From the human T2T-CHM13v2.0 reference genome, Homo sapiens: DNA of 64,000 nt. Numbering within the stretch: position 1 is the first letter of the stretch; each line of letters begins with the position of its first letter. The notes under the pieces are model-generated. The model did no database searches and was not told where the DNA came from. It was given only the letters and a program-made list of their open reading frames with translations. Shown in pieces: positions 1 to 18,884 of this stretch. The position numbers and the translations under genes were made by a program. Location: the NCBI RefSeq assembly GCF_009914755.1, contig NC_060925.1; one strand, given 5' to 3'.

Positions 1-1055
1 CACCTTCCCTGAAGCCCCGGCCCTCACTCCATTCCCTTCCTATCCTGTCTCCTCTCATCCCTGTTCCCCATAGTCTCAGACGTTAGAAAGCAAGCCAGGT
101 GACCAGCATCCTTTCCTGCAGCTTACTGGACACGGGAGCTGAGGAGCTGCTGAAGGGCTTGCTCAACCTATGTCACAAATACACCCGAGATTAAGATGCC
201 ATGGGCAGATCTGGCTGTCCAACATCATGCATTTCCCCCACCTTCCTATCGGCCTGTGTGAGCAGGGACCCAGCGGCTGGGTGGGAGTGGGGCAGGAGTG
301 CACGGCACCCATGGCCCTGACTGGCCTGAGAACCAGCTCATGGAGAGGCACCGATGTGGCAGGCTGGCGAGCATCTCACACCTCCCCCCAGCCACCTGCA
401 CCTCTACTCCTGAATGGAAGGTGTGTAGTAGACAGAGTCCAGGATGGGGTGAGAAGACCCAATTTCCTGCACAGCCCCTGCTGTTTACTTATTTCTCTGT
501 TACAAATATGTAAACACCAACTCAAGGAGCCTTAGTTACCTTAGATGTAAAAATGAGGACAATGTCACTTATTTCCTGGGATTGTTATGAACATTTAAAT
601 GAGGTAAAACACATGCGATGCTTTGTAAGATGGGAAGAGGGATAGTGGTGTTAACGATTGTTATTAGACAGTCAGCAGGCTAGGTGACTTGTGGGTCGGG
701 AGAAGGTCTCCTGGCTTAAAGTATCTCTCTTCTGTCTGTAAAAAAATTTCCCCCTTTAGATTCAACTCTTTGGGTTCATCTCCTCCTTCTGGAAGCTTCT
801 TTTCATGTACCCCTGGGAGCAGTAGTGACACCACAGAATCATAATGCCAAGTGAAATGAGGCAGCCCTAAAACCCTGGAGAGTTTTTGATTCCCACTCAC
901 TATAACATCTAACTTCACCATTAAACCATTAGCACCCACTGACCTCACTGGCACAAGTAATGCAACAGATTGAATCACAGAGAGTGAGCTCTGACAAGGA
1001 GGGGATTCAGAATTGGTGTATTTTGATGGAATGATGAGGAGAGGAGTGGAGGTAG

Positions 1056-1448
<393 letters not shown>

Positions 1449-1944
1449 TGAATATTGGGCATTTCAAGGGGCACAGGCAGACCCAGCCTCAGAATTTTTA
1501 GATCTCCTATGCATGCTCTCATTTGAGCCAACAGTCACCAGTTAAAATGCCAGGGTCAGGGCTCCCCATCCCATCCATTACGGCTGTCCCAACCCCACCC
1601 TCCTGCAACCCCCACCTTACCCCCTACATATTTCCCCTTAGCCTCTGCCATCCCCTTCTCATCTTCCTAGTCCAGCCCCAGGTTGTAACCTTCCTTTTGT
1701 TTGATATCTTCTACTCAGAGGAAAAAAAAAAAAGAGCCCGATTTCTTAGAAAAGTTGTTTAAGAAGGACAGGAATCATGTTGAGGAGATCAGTTTTTTTG
1801 AGTTTCTCTCCAGTGTTGCTGCAGTTGCTAAGGAGTTACTCTATTAGTTCCATGGCCAGAAGCCTTGTTCTGAGGGTTACAGATGACCAAGCTCAAGCCC
1901 AGCCCAGCCCAGCCCATGGGCTCTCCACCCAGACCCCAACATAG

Positions 1945-2488
<544 letters not shown>

Positions 2489-2824
2489 TAGAGTTAATCA
2501 ATATCTCTTCTCTCCACCTGAACAATCTAAATAATTCACTTTAAATTTAGAGACTTCCCTTCTGGCTTATATGCTATTTTTTTTTTCAGTTTTAACTCTC
2601 CTTAAAAATTACATCCATGTGGTGTCAATTAACAGATTCCTCAGCCTCTCTCTTCCCTTTGTAACTCAGTAGATCTAGAGCCTTAAGCATATTCAGGGTT
2701 CAGGTTTTTTAAAGCAGATTACTTCAAATGCGGGGTTGTCTACTATCAAGAGTACATGTCTGAATGTCTTTTTCTTATGTATCAGCTATGAATGATCATT
2801 GTCCCTCCTTTAGGAATGATTATT

Positions 2825-3110
2825 ATTTGAGACAGTGTCTTGCTCTGTTCCTCAGGCTGGAGTGATGTGGCAGGATCATGGCTCACTGCAGCCTTGACCT
2901 TCCTAGCTCAAGTAATCCTTCTGACTCACCCTCTTAAGTAGCTGGGATTGCTGGTGTGTGTTAGCATGCCTTGCTAATTTTTTATTTTTTGTAGAGATGG
3001 GCATCTCACTATGTTGCCCTGGTTAGTCTGGAAGTCCTGGGTTCAAGGGATCCTTCCACCTTGGCATCCCAAAGTGCTGGGATTAGACATGTGAGCCACT
3101 GTTCAGGGCC
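2825..3110 (-). mobile_element. AluJ
   Basis: Diverged Alu dimer; TSD-like AGGAAT[G/T]ATTATT on both sides. Confidence 0.88.
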
Positions 3111-3721
3111 AGGAATTATTATTTTTGATTTACACAAATATTTAACTATGATTACTCACTTGTTTGCTATTTCCATTATTTATCATTCTTTGTGCATTAG
3201 GGTAGTTTTCCCTTTACTTGCGGTACTGTACTTGCTTTTGAGGTTTCTTTAGTAAGAGTGTGGTGGGGGTTAAGTCGTCTTAGTTTTGTATATCTGAAAA
3301 TGTCTTTATTTCATCCTTTTAAATTTTTTTAAATTATGAAGTAATTTTTCAGACACATTAAGAATAGAGAAAATAGTGTGATAACTCCATATGTATTCAT
3401 TGCCCACTTTGATGATGGTCAATACATGACCATCTTGTTCCACTTATAGTACCATCCACTCCTATCCTTCGTTTTTGTTGGGCAAATTCCAAACTTCATA
3501 TAATTTCATCTCTAACCATTTCAATTTGTATTTCTAAAAGATAAGGACAACCTAAGAAGCCCATAATCACAATGTTACTATCATATCTAAAAATAATTAA
3601 TAATATTTCTTTAATATAATCAAATATCCTGTCAATATTCACATTTTTCCAGTTGTGATGGATTTTTTTTAAGTTTACTTAACCAGAGATTAAATAAGTT
3701 ACATACAGTATATCTGATTGA

Positions 3722-4150
<429 letters not shown>

Positions 4151-4934
4151 AGGCTTTTTAAATGTGCAGCTTCACTCTCAATTTCTTCTTTTTCTCCTTT
4201 CATTTTGTTGTTGTTGTTGTAGAAAGTGGGTTATTTTTCCTGCAGAATTTCCTACAGACTGGAGTTCCTGATTGCATCCATGTGGTGTCAATTAACAGAT
4301 TACTCAGCCTCTCTCTTCCCTTTGTAACTCGGTAGATCTAGAGCCTTAAGTATATTCAGGGTTCAGGTTTTTTAAAGCAGATTGCTTCAAATGTGGGGTT
4401 GTCTACTATCAAGAGTACATGTCTGGGTGTCTTTTTCTTATGTATCAGCTATGAATGATCATTGCCAACACTGGGTAAATCCAACTCTGCCTACACTTCT
4501 GCAGATAAACCAGTCTGGATAAAAAATGTGCTTACCTTGTTGACTGGTCACACTTCAAATTCATGACCACTAATCCAACTGCACTTTCAATACAAATAAG
4601 AGAGTATTTGCATATTTCAATGACCCCATCTACCTTCTTATCAGAATCAGTGGCCATACACTCTGCCTTCCCCCAACTACCATGAATTTTTTATGTTCCC
4701 AGCAGAGGTCCATCCGTCCTCTTACACTACATCCCATTCCCCTTGCTTTTTTCACTCACTACAGAAATTCTCCTCTTTTTCTTATGCACCATCATTTTTT
4801 CTGTTTTCTGGTCTTTTCATTCTGTACAAGTATACTGTTATTTGTCTGACCTTAAAGAATTATTTTGACTTCATTCTCCTCTGCGATCTTCTCAATTCTC
4901 TGCTTCCATTTACAGCAAATTTTTTTAAGAAAAG

Positions 4935-6366
<1,432 letters not shown>

Positions 6367-7842
6367 ATTCTTGGCTTTTCAAGTTCTGGCTGTGTTGGAA
6401 GTCCTCAACACTAATTTTAATCTCACCAGCCCTGAATGACTATTAAAGTCACAAACAATCTTCTTTGTCTCTTAGAAGTTACTTTCTGTTTGGTTTTTAA
6501 CTTCTTTGTTCAAACTACTTGACAACTGATAAATTTCTCAGGAAGAGAAGCAGCTTTAATGTTCAGTGCATTGATCGAGTCTTCTTTCTCTTGGATAACC
6601 AGAGCCTTCAAGTCCTGGTCACTTTGGTAGCTTTCTGTTGCTTCGAAGCAGATAATTTTCTGATTTTTATTCATATTTTTATATGTTTTATTGGGATAAT
6701 TAGTCTGCAACAAAAATATTCCAAAGCCAGAAACAGACATATTGGCAGTAATGTTGAGCTATAGGACCTCTTGTTACTGTTGGTAAGAAAACAATAGTCA
6801 AGCCAAGAACACATAGAATCTGTGTCCCAGGTAGCCTATTTTTTGGAATATATATATACTCCAAAAAATATTCGCACAGATACATAAGGAAATATATATA
6901 ATGATGTTCCTTATAGTATTGTTTGTGATGGTAAGGAGTGGGAGGCAATATGAGGGTCGGGAAGGTGTCCGTGGTGGAGTGGATAGGCAAAATACCGTGG
7001 CTGCACATTATAGAGTAAATGCAGCTCAGATGTTATAATTCTAACTGTGCATAGAGCAATGTGGATATGAGTTGGAGTTCCACTGTAAATTTCTTTAAAG
7101 TTACATTGTTGGATTGCATGAAATAAAGGCTCTCATGCTCTTCTATGTAATTCCCAAAGAAGCCGGTTGGTTCACATAAACTGCTTTAATTTAGTTTGAA
7201 ACAGGGTAAAGAATAATAAAAGATTTAAAAAATACTTAAATAGAAAAATGAACCTAAGAAACCACTCTACTAGAAATTGAGTTTTAATATAAAATTGAAA
7301 ATAATGGTAAATAAATGATGCTCCTAGTGAAAAGCAGTAATTATTTAATCCAGTAATATTGAGGCCAAAGAAAAGAGAGCACTGAAGCTTATCTGGTGCT
7401 GGTCAGAACTCTTGTAAAATACAAGTTACAAAAACAATAAAATATTACCTCACACTTAGTTAAATATATAGACATATGTATTCTCTATGATGCATCAACC
7501 CCTTTTCTGGGCATGAATACCAAAGAAACTACCTCACAGATCCATAAGGGGACATATACGAGTCTGCTGTCATGGTGTGGTTATAGTGACAATGTGGAAA
7601 CAATCTGGTTGTTTATCAAACACATGGTCTTCTATGATTTTCTGCTCCTTTTCACATTGTTCCCTTTGCCCTCTTTTCTTCCTGGAAAGTTAAGATCACT
7701 CTTCAGGAGCCTACTGAAAAACCACCTGCGTGCGGGGGAATATAAGAGATTCCCGTAGAGAAGGTTGAATAAATGTCAGTCAGAAGAAAGCAACGAGAGG
7801 CAGGAGTGACGGCACAGGGAACTCAGCACCACGGACAGCTCA

Positions 7843-8290
<448 letters not shown>

Positions 8291-8491
8291 TTATTGGAAT
8301 GTTTTAATATCAGAATTTCTTGGGACCATTTGGAATTCCAGAATCTCTTTCACATCAGCTGTCATGTGAGTGTGGGCATACAGCTGTCAATTATTCTTTC
8401 TCTTTAGTACCAATATAACGTACAGTAGCTACTAATCACCCTAAATCAAGTAAATTCTTGCTCTGGTATGTGTTAGAACAAAGGTTGAATT

Positions 8492-10172
<1,681 letters not shown>

Positions 10173-12983
10173 TTATATCCATCTGCTTCTGTTCTATAAG
10201 CCACCTTGGTGAGTTTGGAATAACACAGTTCTCTTGACAACCTGCCATAGCAAATCAGCAATATCTCAGGATTTGGGATCTTAACTAGGAACTGCATGCC
10301 ACACATGTGTCCCTGCCCTGTGATCACCTCTCTGGGATGACATGGGTGTGTAAACAGAATATCCAAATAGATGTGATGAGTCCTGCATTGACATAAGCAT
10401 GGAGAGTGTGAAATAGTCTCAGGAACATTAGACAAGGCTCCCTTGAGAAAGAAGGTGATTTCTAATCCTAGACAAGAAGATGAAGAAGTATTTGTCCACA
10501 CACTCCATCCTAATTTTTATGTGCCATTGCCATTGGATGGAATATTATCAGGTGAAATAAGAACTGGAAAAATAAAGGGAGGGCAGGCCCACATTAGGAG
10601 TGGCCAGTTGCCTTCTGGACTGTAGCGATGGATTGAAGGTCCAGCAACCCCACCCCAGGGAGACCCTCTCTTCTTTTGGGAGATCAGGACTTGAGTCAAG
10701 CTCTTCAGTCATTTGCATTATTCTTTTTGGCCTAGTTCCAGATTCTGGTTTCCAGAATCTCTCCTAAGCTTCACAACCTGCCTCCCAAACTGAAGTTTTT
10801 AGATTTTCCACTGCTGTTTACATGAGGTGGTATTGACCAGAATTTGCACAAGTGCATTTTATAATAAAAAATTATATAGAGTACTTATTATAAGCTGGGA
10901 TCCAGTACTGCTATATGCTGGGTAACCAGGAGATCTGAGTTAACAGTGTTTTCCTTCCATGATTCCAAGTCTGCATGGAAAGACATCAAAGAAATTTGAG
11001 GTAATGTAGCCACTACAGTAGGAGTGGGCTCAGGGTGAGGGAAGTGCAAATGAGGCAGAGATCATTTCTTCGGGGTGAAGGGATAGTGGTTCACCATCTA
11101 AATGTCTAAGAGAAGTTGACATTAAAGCTCTGTCTTGAAATGTAAGTTAATGAGACAGATGAATTATTAAATGACATCCAGCAGAGGCAGCATTTGAAAG
11201 ACTGGTATTGAGGCACGAAATACTGAGATATATTGATGGGGGGAGGTGTTGCGCATTCTTGGAATAACAGCAGCTGGGTGAACAGGAGGGATTCAGAGAG
11301 TGCTGGGGAGAGAGGAAGTCAGGTACCCACCCTTGGGACCCTGGCATGATGGTTCTGAGCAGTGACCTGCAGTCCTGGTGAAGGAGAGAGGAGGACAACG
11401 GGGGAAGATGGTCCTGGTTTGGAGATCTGCAGGGAAGGTGTGGCCCAAGGAAAGTGGGCAACAGAGCTAAGAGAGGAAAGAGAGCAATTCTGGGGTGGAT
11501 GATGGGGACAGGCTACATAGAGAAGGCAGCAGGGGTCTGGTAAGAAAAAATGAAAGCCCAGGGACTGCAGTCCTCTGTGAGTTCCAAGAACAGGTGGAAT
11601 GAGAATGAGAAAGGGAGAGAAGAAAACTAATGGTCAGACATTGGGATTTGGAGGTGAAAACTGCAGATCAGTCCTGAAGGCTGACAAGGTGCAGAATATG
11701 TTCAGGAAGGAAGATTCCTGATGAGGAGAGGAGATGCTGGTCTGTGAATAGAGGTGTGAGTGTGGAGTGGAACAGTCATTCACAAGAACAAATAACTCAT
11801 CCTACACACTTCTGCTGGGGGAATGGAATGAGAATTTTTGAGATGGTTGCCTGATTCCTCTAAGAAGAATGTTTGCCTGATTGAGACGTTAGCTGGAGAT
11901 TGACCAGGGTGGTAAGAATGATAGGGACAGATGATGTGAGCCTCTAGGGAGAATACTAAGAGCAGTTGCACAGAACATGGCCTGGAAGTGACACCAGGTG
12001 AACACTGACCCTGTGTTGTGGCCTGCATGGAGAGACCCACCAGTGCTCTGCTAGGACAGCACTGTGCCCTGCTTGTTTCTGCATCCTCAGCCCATAGCAC
12101 ACTGCCTGGCCTGGAGTAGACTACCAATAACAAACTACTCCATTACCTGCGAGATAGAGGTGCTGCAATTTCTCATCACAGTCAGCATGAGCTCTCTGTG
12201 TCAGTCCTTAGGACATTTCCGTGGTGCTGCCTTATTCCGGCTAGACTCCTTATTTGGACTCCTGGACTACTTTGAGCTCCTCAAAATCTGGAATATTCAT
12301 TTATCACCAGAAACCCAGTCCTGGCATTTAGCAAACCATCGAGGACAGCTCAGCTTCAAGATGACTCCCTCTCACTTCCACAGGGTCACCCACTTAGGCA
12401 CATGCACACAAGTGCACAGCACAGAGAGAGGACACAGCCCCTGGAGCCCAGGCCACAGGACAAGGGAGCTCATCCTCAGGGAACTACTGAGCATCCCATT
12501 CATAGCCACAAGGGCCCTGAGCCTGATGCCATCCAGGAATCCCTATGTGAGTGGTTTCTGTTTCCCCAAGCCCTGGAGAACAGCTGGGGCAGGAGCGGGA
12601 GGGCAGGAGCACACTGAGAGATGCCAGCCCCTTCTCAGTGCGGTATCTGAATGTGTCTGAATGACCCTGGTCCATGCCTTGACAAGGAGGAACATTGCTG
12701 TGATCTGGCAGGAGCTTTCCACTGACTTCCACCTGGAACCTGCCATGGTGGCTGCATTTAGGGAGCGGGGCAGAAGCAGACACCAGGACCTGTGTGAGAG
12801 GCAGCTCAGCTCTGCTGGAGGCCATAGGGGGAACGTTGCTGGAGGGACATTACTCCTGGGTGACCCACTGGATGGGGGTGGGGGAAATTCTCCAACAAAG
12901 TTAACCTGGAATTGGTAGTTTTGACAACGTAGGTCACCAAAGAGAAGAAGAAAATAAGGCAAGTGTCTGGTGGGAGAAGACAT

Positions 12984-12989
12984 TTTATT
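12984..12989 (-). terminator. S100A7 polyadenylation signal AATAAA
   Basis: TTTATT on + strand, about 40 nt after the stop codon; T-rich sequence follows on the minus strand. Confidence 0.88.
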
Positions 12990-13027
12990 GTTCCTGGGGT
13001 CTCTGGAGGCCCATTGGTGGGGCTGGG

Positions 13028-13192
13028 TCACTGGCTGCCCCCGGAACAGGGCGCTGCTCCATGGCTCTGCTTGTGGTAGTCTGTGGCTATGTCTCCCAGC
13101 AAGGACAGAAACTCAGAAAAATCAATCTTCTTATCCTCATTCTTGTCCTTTTTCTCAAAGACATCGGCGAGGTAATTTGTGCCCTTTTTGTC
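13028..13192 (-). CDS. S100A7: S100A7 coding exon 3, residues 48-101 plus stop; canonical EF-hand loop [12 protein letters not shown], Zn ligands H87/H91, Cys96
   Basis: Acceptor TTCACAG| ends at 13193. Reads [57 protein letters not shown]; 47+54 = 101 aa. Confidence 0.98.
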   Translation of the reverse strand, partial: DKKGTNYLADVFEKKDKNEDKKIDFSEFLSLLGDIATDYHKQSHGAAPCSGGSQ

Positions 13193-14094
13193 CTGTGAAG
13201 AGAAAAACATACAAAATAGAAAAATTCAATCACAAACAAGTTTTGGGCTGGGAGGGAGAGGAGGAGGCAGAGATACAGACAAGTACCTAGATCTGCACAG
13301 GCATGGTGGCGGGGCTGAGAGCACAGGGTGAGTGGGTGAAGTTGGGGTGAGGACGTGAGTGTTATCCCTGGAGTTCTCTAGGGAGTCTTTTTGTCTCACA
13401 CCTCAGGATGGGAGGCAGGTCCTGTCCCAAGGTGCTCTGTTAAGTGACCTTGGGGAGAGCAGTCCCCTGCCCCAGCCTCACTCTTTCCCGTCCCAGCCTC
13501 TAAGGGCACTGCCTACCTTAGTTCTACCCCAGGGCCTCAAAATTGGCCCTCATGCTTTTGTTCTCTTCTTTCTCTGGCCTCCTCTCCTTTCTTCTCCTTT
13601 TCCACCAAACTCATCTTCTGGGTATCCTACTCTTGGTCATCTAGACCCTTTGGTACCTAGTAGCCCACAGTTTTTTTTCAGATTTGCTAATGAGTCTTGT
13701 TTATTGCAAAGAGGGCTATTGATTTCTACTAACAATGGAACTTCTAGTGCTTTCCCAGTAATCTCAGGGATGTTGATGTGGGGCCTTTGGGAAACAGGAC
13801 CTGAGCATGTGAGTTTCAGTCTCACAGAGAGAGGGTCAGTGAGTGCTGGGAGGGGACTGTGCACTGCCCTCAAGCTGCACACTTTGCTGACCATCTAATA
13901 ACCTCCTTTATATCTGTATAACTCTTTCCCATTTTCATACTTTTTCGCCTACCATCCTTAGATTCACATATGATCCAAGTAACAAAGCCCTATTTGCAAA
14001 TGGGAAATTTTTTAATCAGAGGGTGAGGGTGATCTGTCCAAGGCCACATAGCAAAATGTATCCTCCAACATTGAGAAGCTAGACACCGACTCAC

Positions 14095-14235
14095 ACAGGC
14101 ACTAAGGAAGTTGGGGAAGTTCTCCTTCATCATCGTCAGCAGGCTTGGCTTGTCAATCTTGTCATCACGTCTGGTGTATTTGTGAAACATGTCGATCATG
14201 CCTATTATGGACCTCTCAGCTTGAGTGTTGCTCAT
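14095..14235 (-). CDS. S100A7: S100A7 (psoriasin) coding exon 2, residues 1-47 (exon 2 starts at 14252 with 17 nt of 5'UTR)
   Basis: ATG at 14235-14233 reads [47 protein letters not shown]. Acceptor ...TTCCTGAAG| at 14254-14253 and donor GTGAGT at 14094-14089 (phase 0). RRDD matches S100A7 rather than S100A7A (GRDG). Confidence 0.98.
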
Positions 14236-14740
14236 CTTTGCTTTCAAAAAGCCTTCAGGAAATAAAGACAATCATTTTTTTCCCTTCATTTAAGTTAGGG
14301 TCTCTACTTGGGAGTGCTGGAAGGAGGGCTGAGGACAGAGTAAAAACACGGATAAGGTGTAGCAGAACGAACTCAATTTTTTTTTAATGTGATGGGATAA
14401 GTTGCTCAAAAATGAGAGGGTAGGACCAAGTCTGAGACCTGGCCCATCCTGGCCAGGGCCAAGAGGAGATGCAGGTGGATGGCGGAAGTCCAGCTGTGGA
14501 CAGTGCTTCAGAGAGGGAGAAGCAGGGAGAGTCGGGCGCCAGCAACACATGGAAGAACTAAGCTGGGACACCCCAGCCTCAGCCAGCACATGGCAGACCC
14601 CACTCTTAAAAGAGCACCAAATCCATCTCCTCCAGCTTCACAGTCGGGGTGACAGTCATGGGGGCAGGACAATGGCCTTGGTGATCTGGTGTCTGACCCT
14701 CCTCGGCTGCTTCAGGAACCAGACACCGTGGGCCCCACCT

Positions 14741-14747
14741 TGACTCA
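14741..14747. promoter_or_regulatory. Candidate AP-1 site in S100A7 intron 1
   Basis: TGACTCA consensus; motif match only. Confidence 0.3.
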
Positions 14748-15829
14748 AGTGCAAGCCCTGCATGACACGGTGTGTGCAGGCTCCAGGTGCACATGTGAGC
14801 GTGGACGTGAGTGTTAGCAGGAAACACAGTCCTGTCCCGAGCACAGGGGGCCCTTCTTGTATTCCCTTGGGAACGAGAAACAGGAATGGCCTCTGTTACA
14901 AGGAACAGAAATAACTCTCTGGTTCTTAAGCTGCTGGACGGGGTGGGAGTGAGGTGGGAGTCACTTCATGTCTGCTCTTGGGAATTATCTGCACCCTCTG
15001 AATCACCAAGGCTTGACTGTTTAAATAAAAATGTCTGACTTCCCAAAGCAGATCTTTCAGCCAGTAGTCAGTCTGGGCTGGCCTGCACCCCAAGCCTGAA
15101 AAATAGGACAGTGCAGTTCTCACTTCCCACACTTTCCAAAGAACCAGGAAAGGACCTTGGCTAATGCATATGGGTGTCTGACAATAAACCCCCAACACCT
15201 CTCAATGCAGGAGAAAGCTCCATGCCGGCAACTGACTAAGAGGAGCCACCCAGAGCTTTTTTGAATCTGAGGCCAAGGCCAGAGGGCAAGCCCTGTGCCC
15301 AGAGGGTGACTGACAATTTGCAGGTTGTGGTAGGGAGTGACGGAGCGTTGGTTTCTCAATACCTTACCCAGGTAGGGGCAAGCCATCTGGCCAGGGCTAT
15401 GCTGTGTCGGGGTCCCAGGCCTGGGGGTTTGGAGAGCCTCCAAAGCATTCACAGGGGACCCCTAGCCCTCCACCCTCTGTGGAGCCGGAGCTGGGGAGGG
15501 GATTTAGCAACCGGGACCCCAACAGGAGGATGAATCCAGGGAGGAAGAGGACAGGGAGGGTCCTGTGCTCAGGTCCCACTGGGGACATTTCCACAGGAGT
15601 TGCCTCAGGAGATCCCAAAGGAGCAATGGACAGGTCTGGTTCAGCCACCTGGTTATACAGACGTGGGCTTTTGGGGTCAAGTGAAGGTCACACAGCCCAG
15701 CTAATGGCAGAGCTGGCCTAGACCCAGGCTTCTGAGTCTTTGTCCACAGCCCTTTCCCTTCCTACAGGCAGCATGGCAGGCCAGGCACTGGGCACTTCTA
15801 GAAAACGCAAAGAGGCAGGTGAGACTTAC

Positions 15830-15872
15830 CAGAGCTGGGAAGCGTCACGAGTAGAAGGATGAGTGAGATGTG
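15830..15872 (-). other. S100A7: S100A7 non-coding exon 1 (5' end approximate)
   Basis: Minus strand ...ACATCTCACTCATCCTTCTACTCGTGACGCTTCCCAGCTCTG|GTAAGT with a perfect donor at 15829-15824. Starts about 30 nt downstream of the TATA box; fits the typical three-exon S100 layout. Confidence 0.9.
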
Positions 15873-15895
15873 TGTGTTTGGACAAAGAGCAGTCC

Positions 15896-15901
15896 TTTAT
15901 A
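15896..15901 (-). promoter_or_regulatory. TATA box of S100A7
   Basis: TATAAA on the minus strand (CCTTATAAAGG), about 30 nt upstream of exon 1. Confidence 0.88.
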
Positions 15902-16730
15902 AGGCTCAGCCTGGCTCTTCCCAGGGGCTGGGAGGCCTGGGGCCACCTCTGTCATCTGTTTCTTGGAGGCTTGCCCCACATCAGGTGGGTGGGACACACC
16001 CAGGAGGCTGTGCTCAGGATTTCTGGCCAGTGTCCCAGGTCACCAGGTCCCACCCCACCCCAGAGACCTCACCTGGAGTCTTCTCTGGCTCAACCTTGAT
16101 TTGAGGGTAAGGCAGCGGTACATGTGTAGTAGCAGGTCAGAAAATGGGAGAAAAGAGCACTGGGCCTCTGGACCCAAAGAGGATGGAGTTTCAGACTCCT
16201 GAAGGCAGCATGGTCTTGTTTGTTCCCTCCCCTTATCCTTCCACACATTTGTTATGACAGCCTGTTCTATGACCCCCACCGCTGACTGAGCATTTTAATG
16301 TCTAGATATCAAGATACCTGCTGCTCCTGCATCCTCCTCAACCCTCATAGTCCTAAGAGGTGCTTCAATCTCTATTTTAGGAAAGGAGAAGTTGAGATGT
16401 TCCCAAGTTTACTCAGCTAGTAAACACAACAAATCATCATATGGACTCAGAAAAGCCTGAATCAAATCCTTACTCTTATCCCCTGTGCTATAGGTCTTGG
16501 GTCACATCAGGGTCTGCCCTATGGGAACTCAAAGTCCAGGGAGGGAAGCAGGGTTACTTCATTGCTAACCATTGGTCAGCCCCTCACAGAAGCCCTGGAA
16601 TTAGGTGGGGGGACTGGGGTCAGGGGCCTCACTATCTAGGTTGAGTGGTGGAGTGACCCCCCCGCAGCCCCATGGAATGAGCCTGGAGGCAGGGAGTGGG
16701 AAAAGTTCTTTCCTGCCCCATGGCACTAAC

Positions 16731-16739
16731 TTCCCAGAA
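16731..16739. promoter_or_regulatory. Candidate STAT (GAS) element about 0.86 kb upstream of S100A7
   Basis: TTCCCAGAA fits TTCN3GAA; motif match only. Confidence 0.4.
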
Positions 16740-17184
16740 AGTCTTCAGTGTTTTTCCTCCTCCTATGCAAAACAGCCTGTGTAGGAGTTGGGAGTTGTGC
16801 CCTTGGCTATAATGTGCCCTAACCTGCTGTGGAAAGGCTGACCCAGGTAGGGGCAAGAGGGTTGGGAAGGCATGGGAATCCCTGGGGCATGGTGAGGAAA
16901 GGGAGATGATGAATCACTGAAATGGACTTTTTCTGCTACCCCCTTGCAATGTTCCTTTTAGGGTGCAAGAGAGTTCCAGGTTCATTTAGTGCCAGCCCTT
17001 TAAGCACTCTGGGGCTCCACAGAGCTGATGTGATGTCTCCCTAGGTGGGACCTATTTTCTCCACCCATCATCTTTCTTCAACTTCCTTCTCGTCAGTACC
17101 TATGTAACCAGGGGGACCTGTTTCTCCCTCTCCCAGTTCCCCATGTGATGGCAATATTACTTTTAACAGCAAAAGATACATACA

Positions 17185-17500
17185 CACACACACAGTGGAA
17201 TGCTACTCAGCTATAAAAAAAGAATGAAATCACGCTTTTTGCGGCAACATGGATGGAACTGGAGGCTATTATCTTAAGTGAAATTACTCAGAAAGTCAAA
17301 TACTGTGCAACCTCATGTGTAAGTGGGAGCTACATCATGCATACAGATGGAGGTAGAGAGTAGAATCATAGACACTGGAGACTGTGAAGGGCAGCAGGTG
17401 AGGCGGTGGGTGAAGGATGAGACATTTCTTAGTGGGTACAATGCATGCTATTTAGGATGGCTTCATTAAAAGCCCAGACTTCACCATTGTGCCATATATT
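17185..17500 (+). mobile_element. L1PB-type 3' end fragment
   Basis: GGAATGCTACTCAGCTATAAAAAAAGAATGAAATC...AAAAGCCCAGACTTCACCA. Confidence 0.75.
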
Positions 17501-17509
17501 CATATATAT

Positions 17510-18215
17510 GTGTATGCAGGTTTTTGTGTGGACATAAGTTTTCACTTCTTTTGGGTAAATCCCAAGGAGTGTGATTTCTGGATCCTATGGTAAGAGTATG
17601 TTTAGTTTTTTAAGAAAGCACTAAACTGTCTTCCAAAGTGGCTGTACTATTTTGTGTTCCTGCCATCAATGAATGAGAGTTCCTGTTGCTCCACATCCTT
17701 CTTCAGCATTTGCTGTTGTCCAGTGTTCCAGATTTTGGGCATTCTCATAAGTGTGTACTGGTATCTCATTGTTGTTTTAATTTGCATTTCCTTGAGGACA
17801 TATGATGTGGAGCATCTTCTGATATGCTTATTTGTCACCTTCTGTATCTTCTTTGATGAGATATCTGTTAAGGTCTTTGGCCCATTTTCTAATTGTTTGG
17901 TTTGTGTTCTTATCGTTGAGTTTTAAGAGTTCTTTGTATGTTTTGGATAACATACAAAGTCTGATATGTCTTTTGTAAACATTTTCTCCCAGTCTGTGGC
18001 TTATCTTTTCATTCTCTTGACAATATCTTTCACAAAGAGAAATGTTAAATTTTAAAGAAGTCCAGCTTATGAATTCTTTCTTTCATGGATTGTGCCTTGG
18101 TGTTGCCATCTAAAAGTCATCACCAAAACCAAGATGATCAAATTTCCTCTTATGCTACCATCTAGGAGTTTTGTAACATTGTGTTTGCATGTAGGTCTAT
18201 GATTCATTTTGAGTT
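17510..18215 (-). mobile_element. L1M ORF2 3' fragment
   Basis: ORF 17647-17838 (-) [21 protein letters not shown] is a degenerate ORF2 segment. Confidence 0.8.
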
Positions 18216-18389
18216 ATGTATCATCACTGTTTAGAAAAAAGGAACAGAGGAAAAGTAATACAAAAGGAATCAGGGACAACAATATTAATACAAGACAACA
18301 AAGAATTCTAAGAAAAGGGATTAAATGAAAAAGAAGAATATTTCTTATTGATTAGTGTGCAAGTCACCAAGATGCGGTAGTCTTATTCT

Positions 18390-18696
<307 letters not shown>

Positions 18697-18884
18697 TAAT
18701 AGTCCTATCCTTATACACATAAGAACACAATTTTGAATTATATAAAGCAAACACTGAAAGAAATTAATGGAAACTGACAAACTTATATCACTTGGCAGGT
18801 TTTGGCAGAGTCTGCCCAGGAACTTCACAAAGCCATCAGATAACAAAACACCAGTAATGGCACAGAGCAGGGCGGGCAGATGCT

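Noticed and set aside
1-500. Possible paralogy of the window start with the S100A7 3' flank (about 12550-12620)
   Set aside because: Only short G-rich matches; cannot be supported without an alignment.
12064-13898. Long plus-strand ORFs (198 aa and 179 aa) around S100A7
   Set aside because: No recognisable domains and non-ATG starts; they lie antisense to intron or 3' flank in GC-rich DNA.
13990-14271. 93-aa ORF extending S100A7 exon 2 at both ends
   Set aside because: The N-terminal extension lies in intron 1 and the C-terminal part runs past the GTGAGT donor; the spliced 101-aa product explains it.
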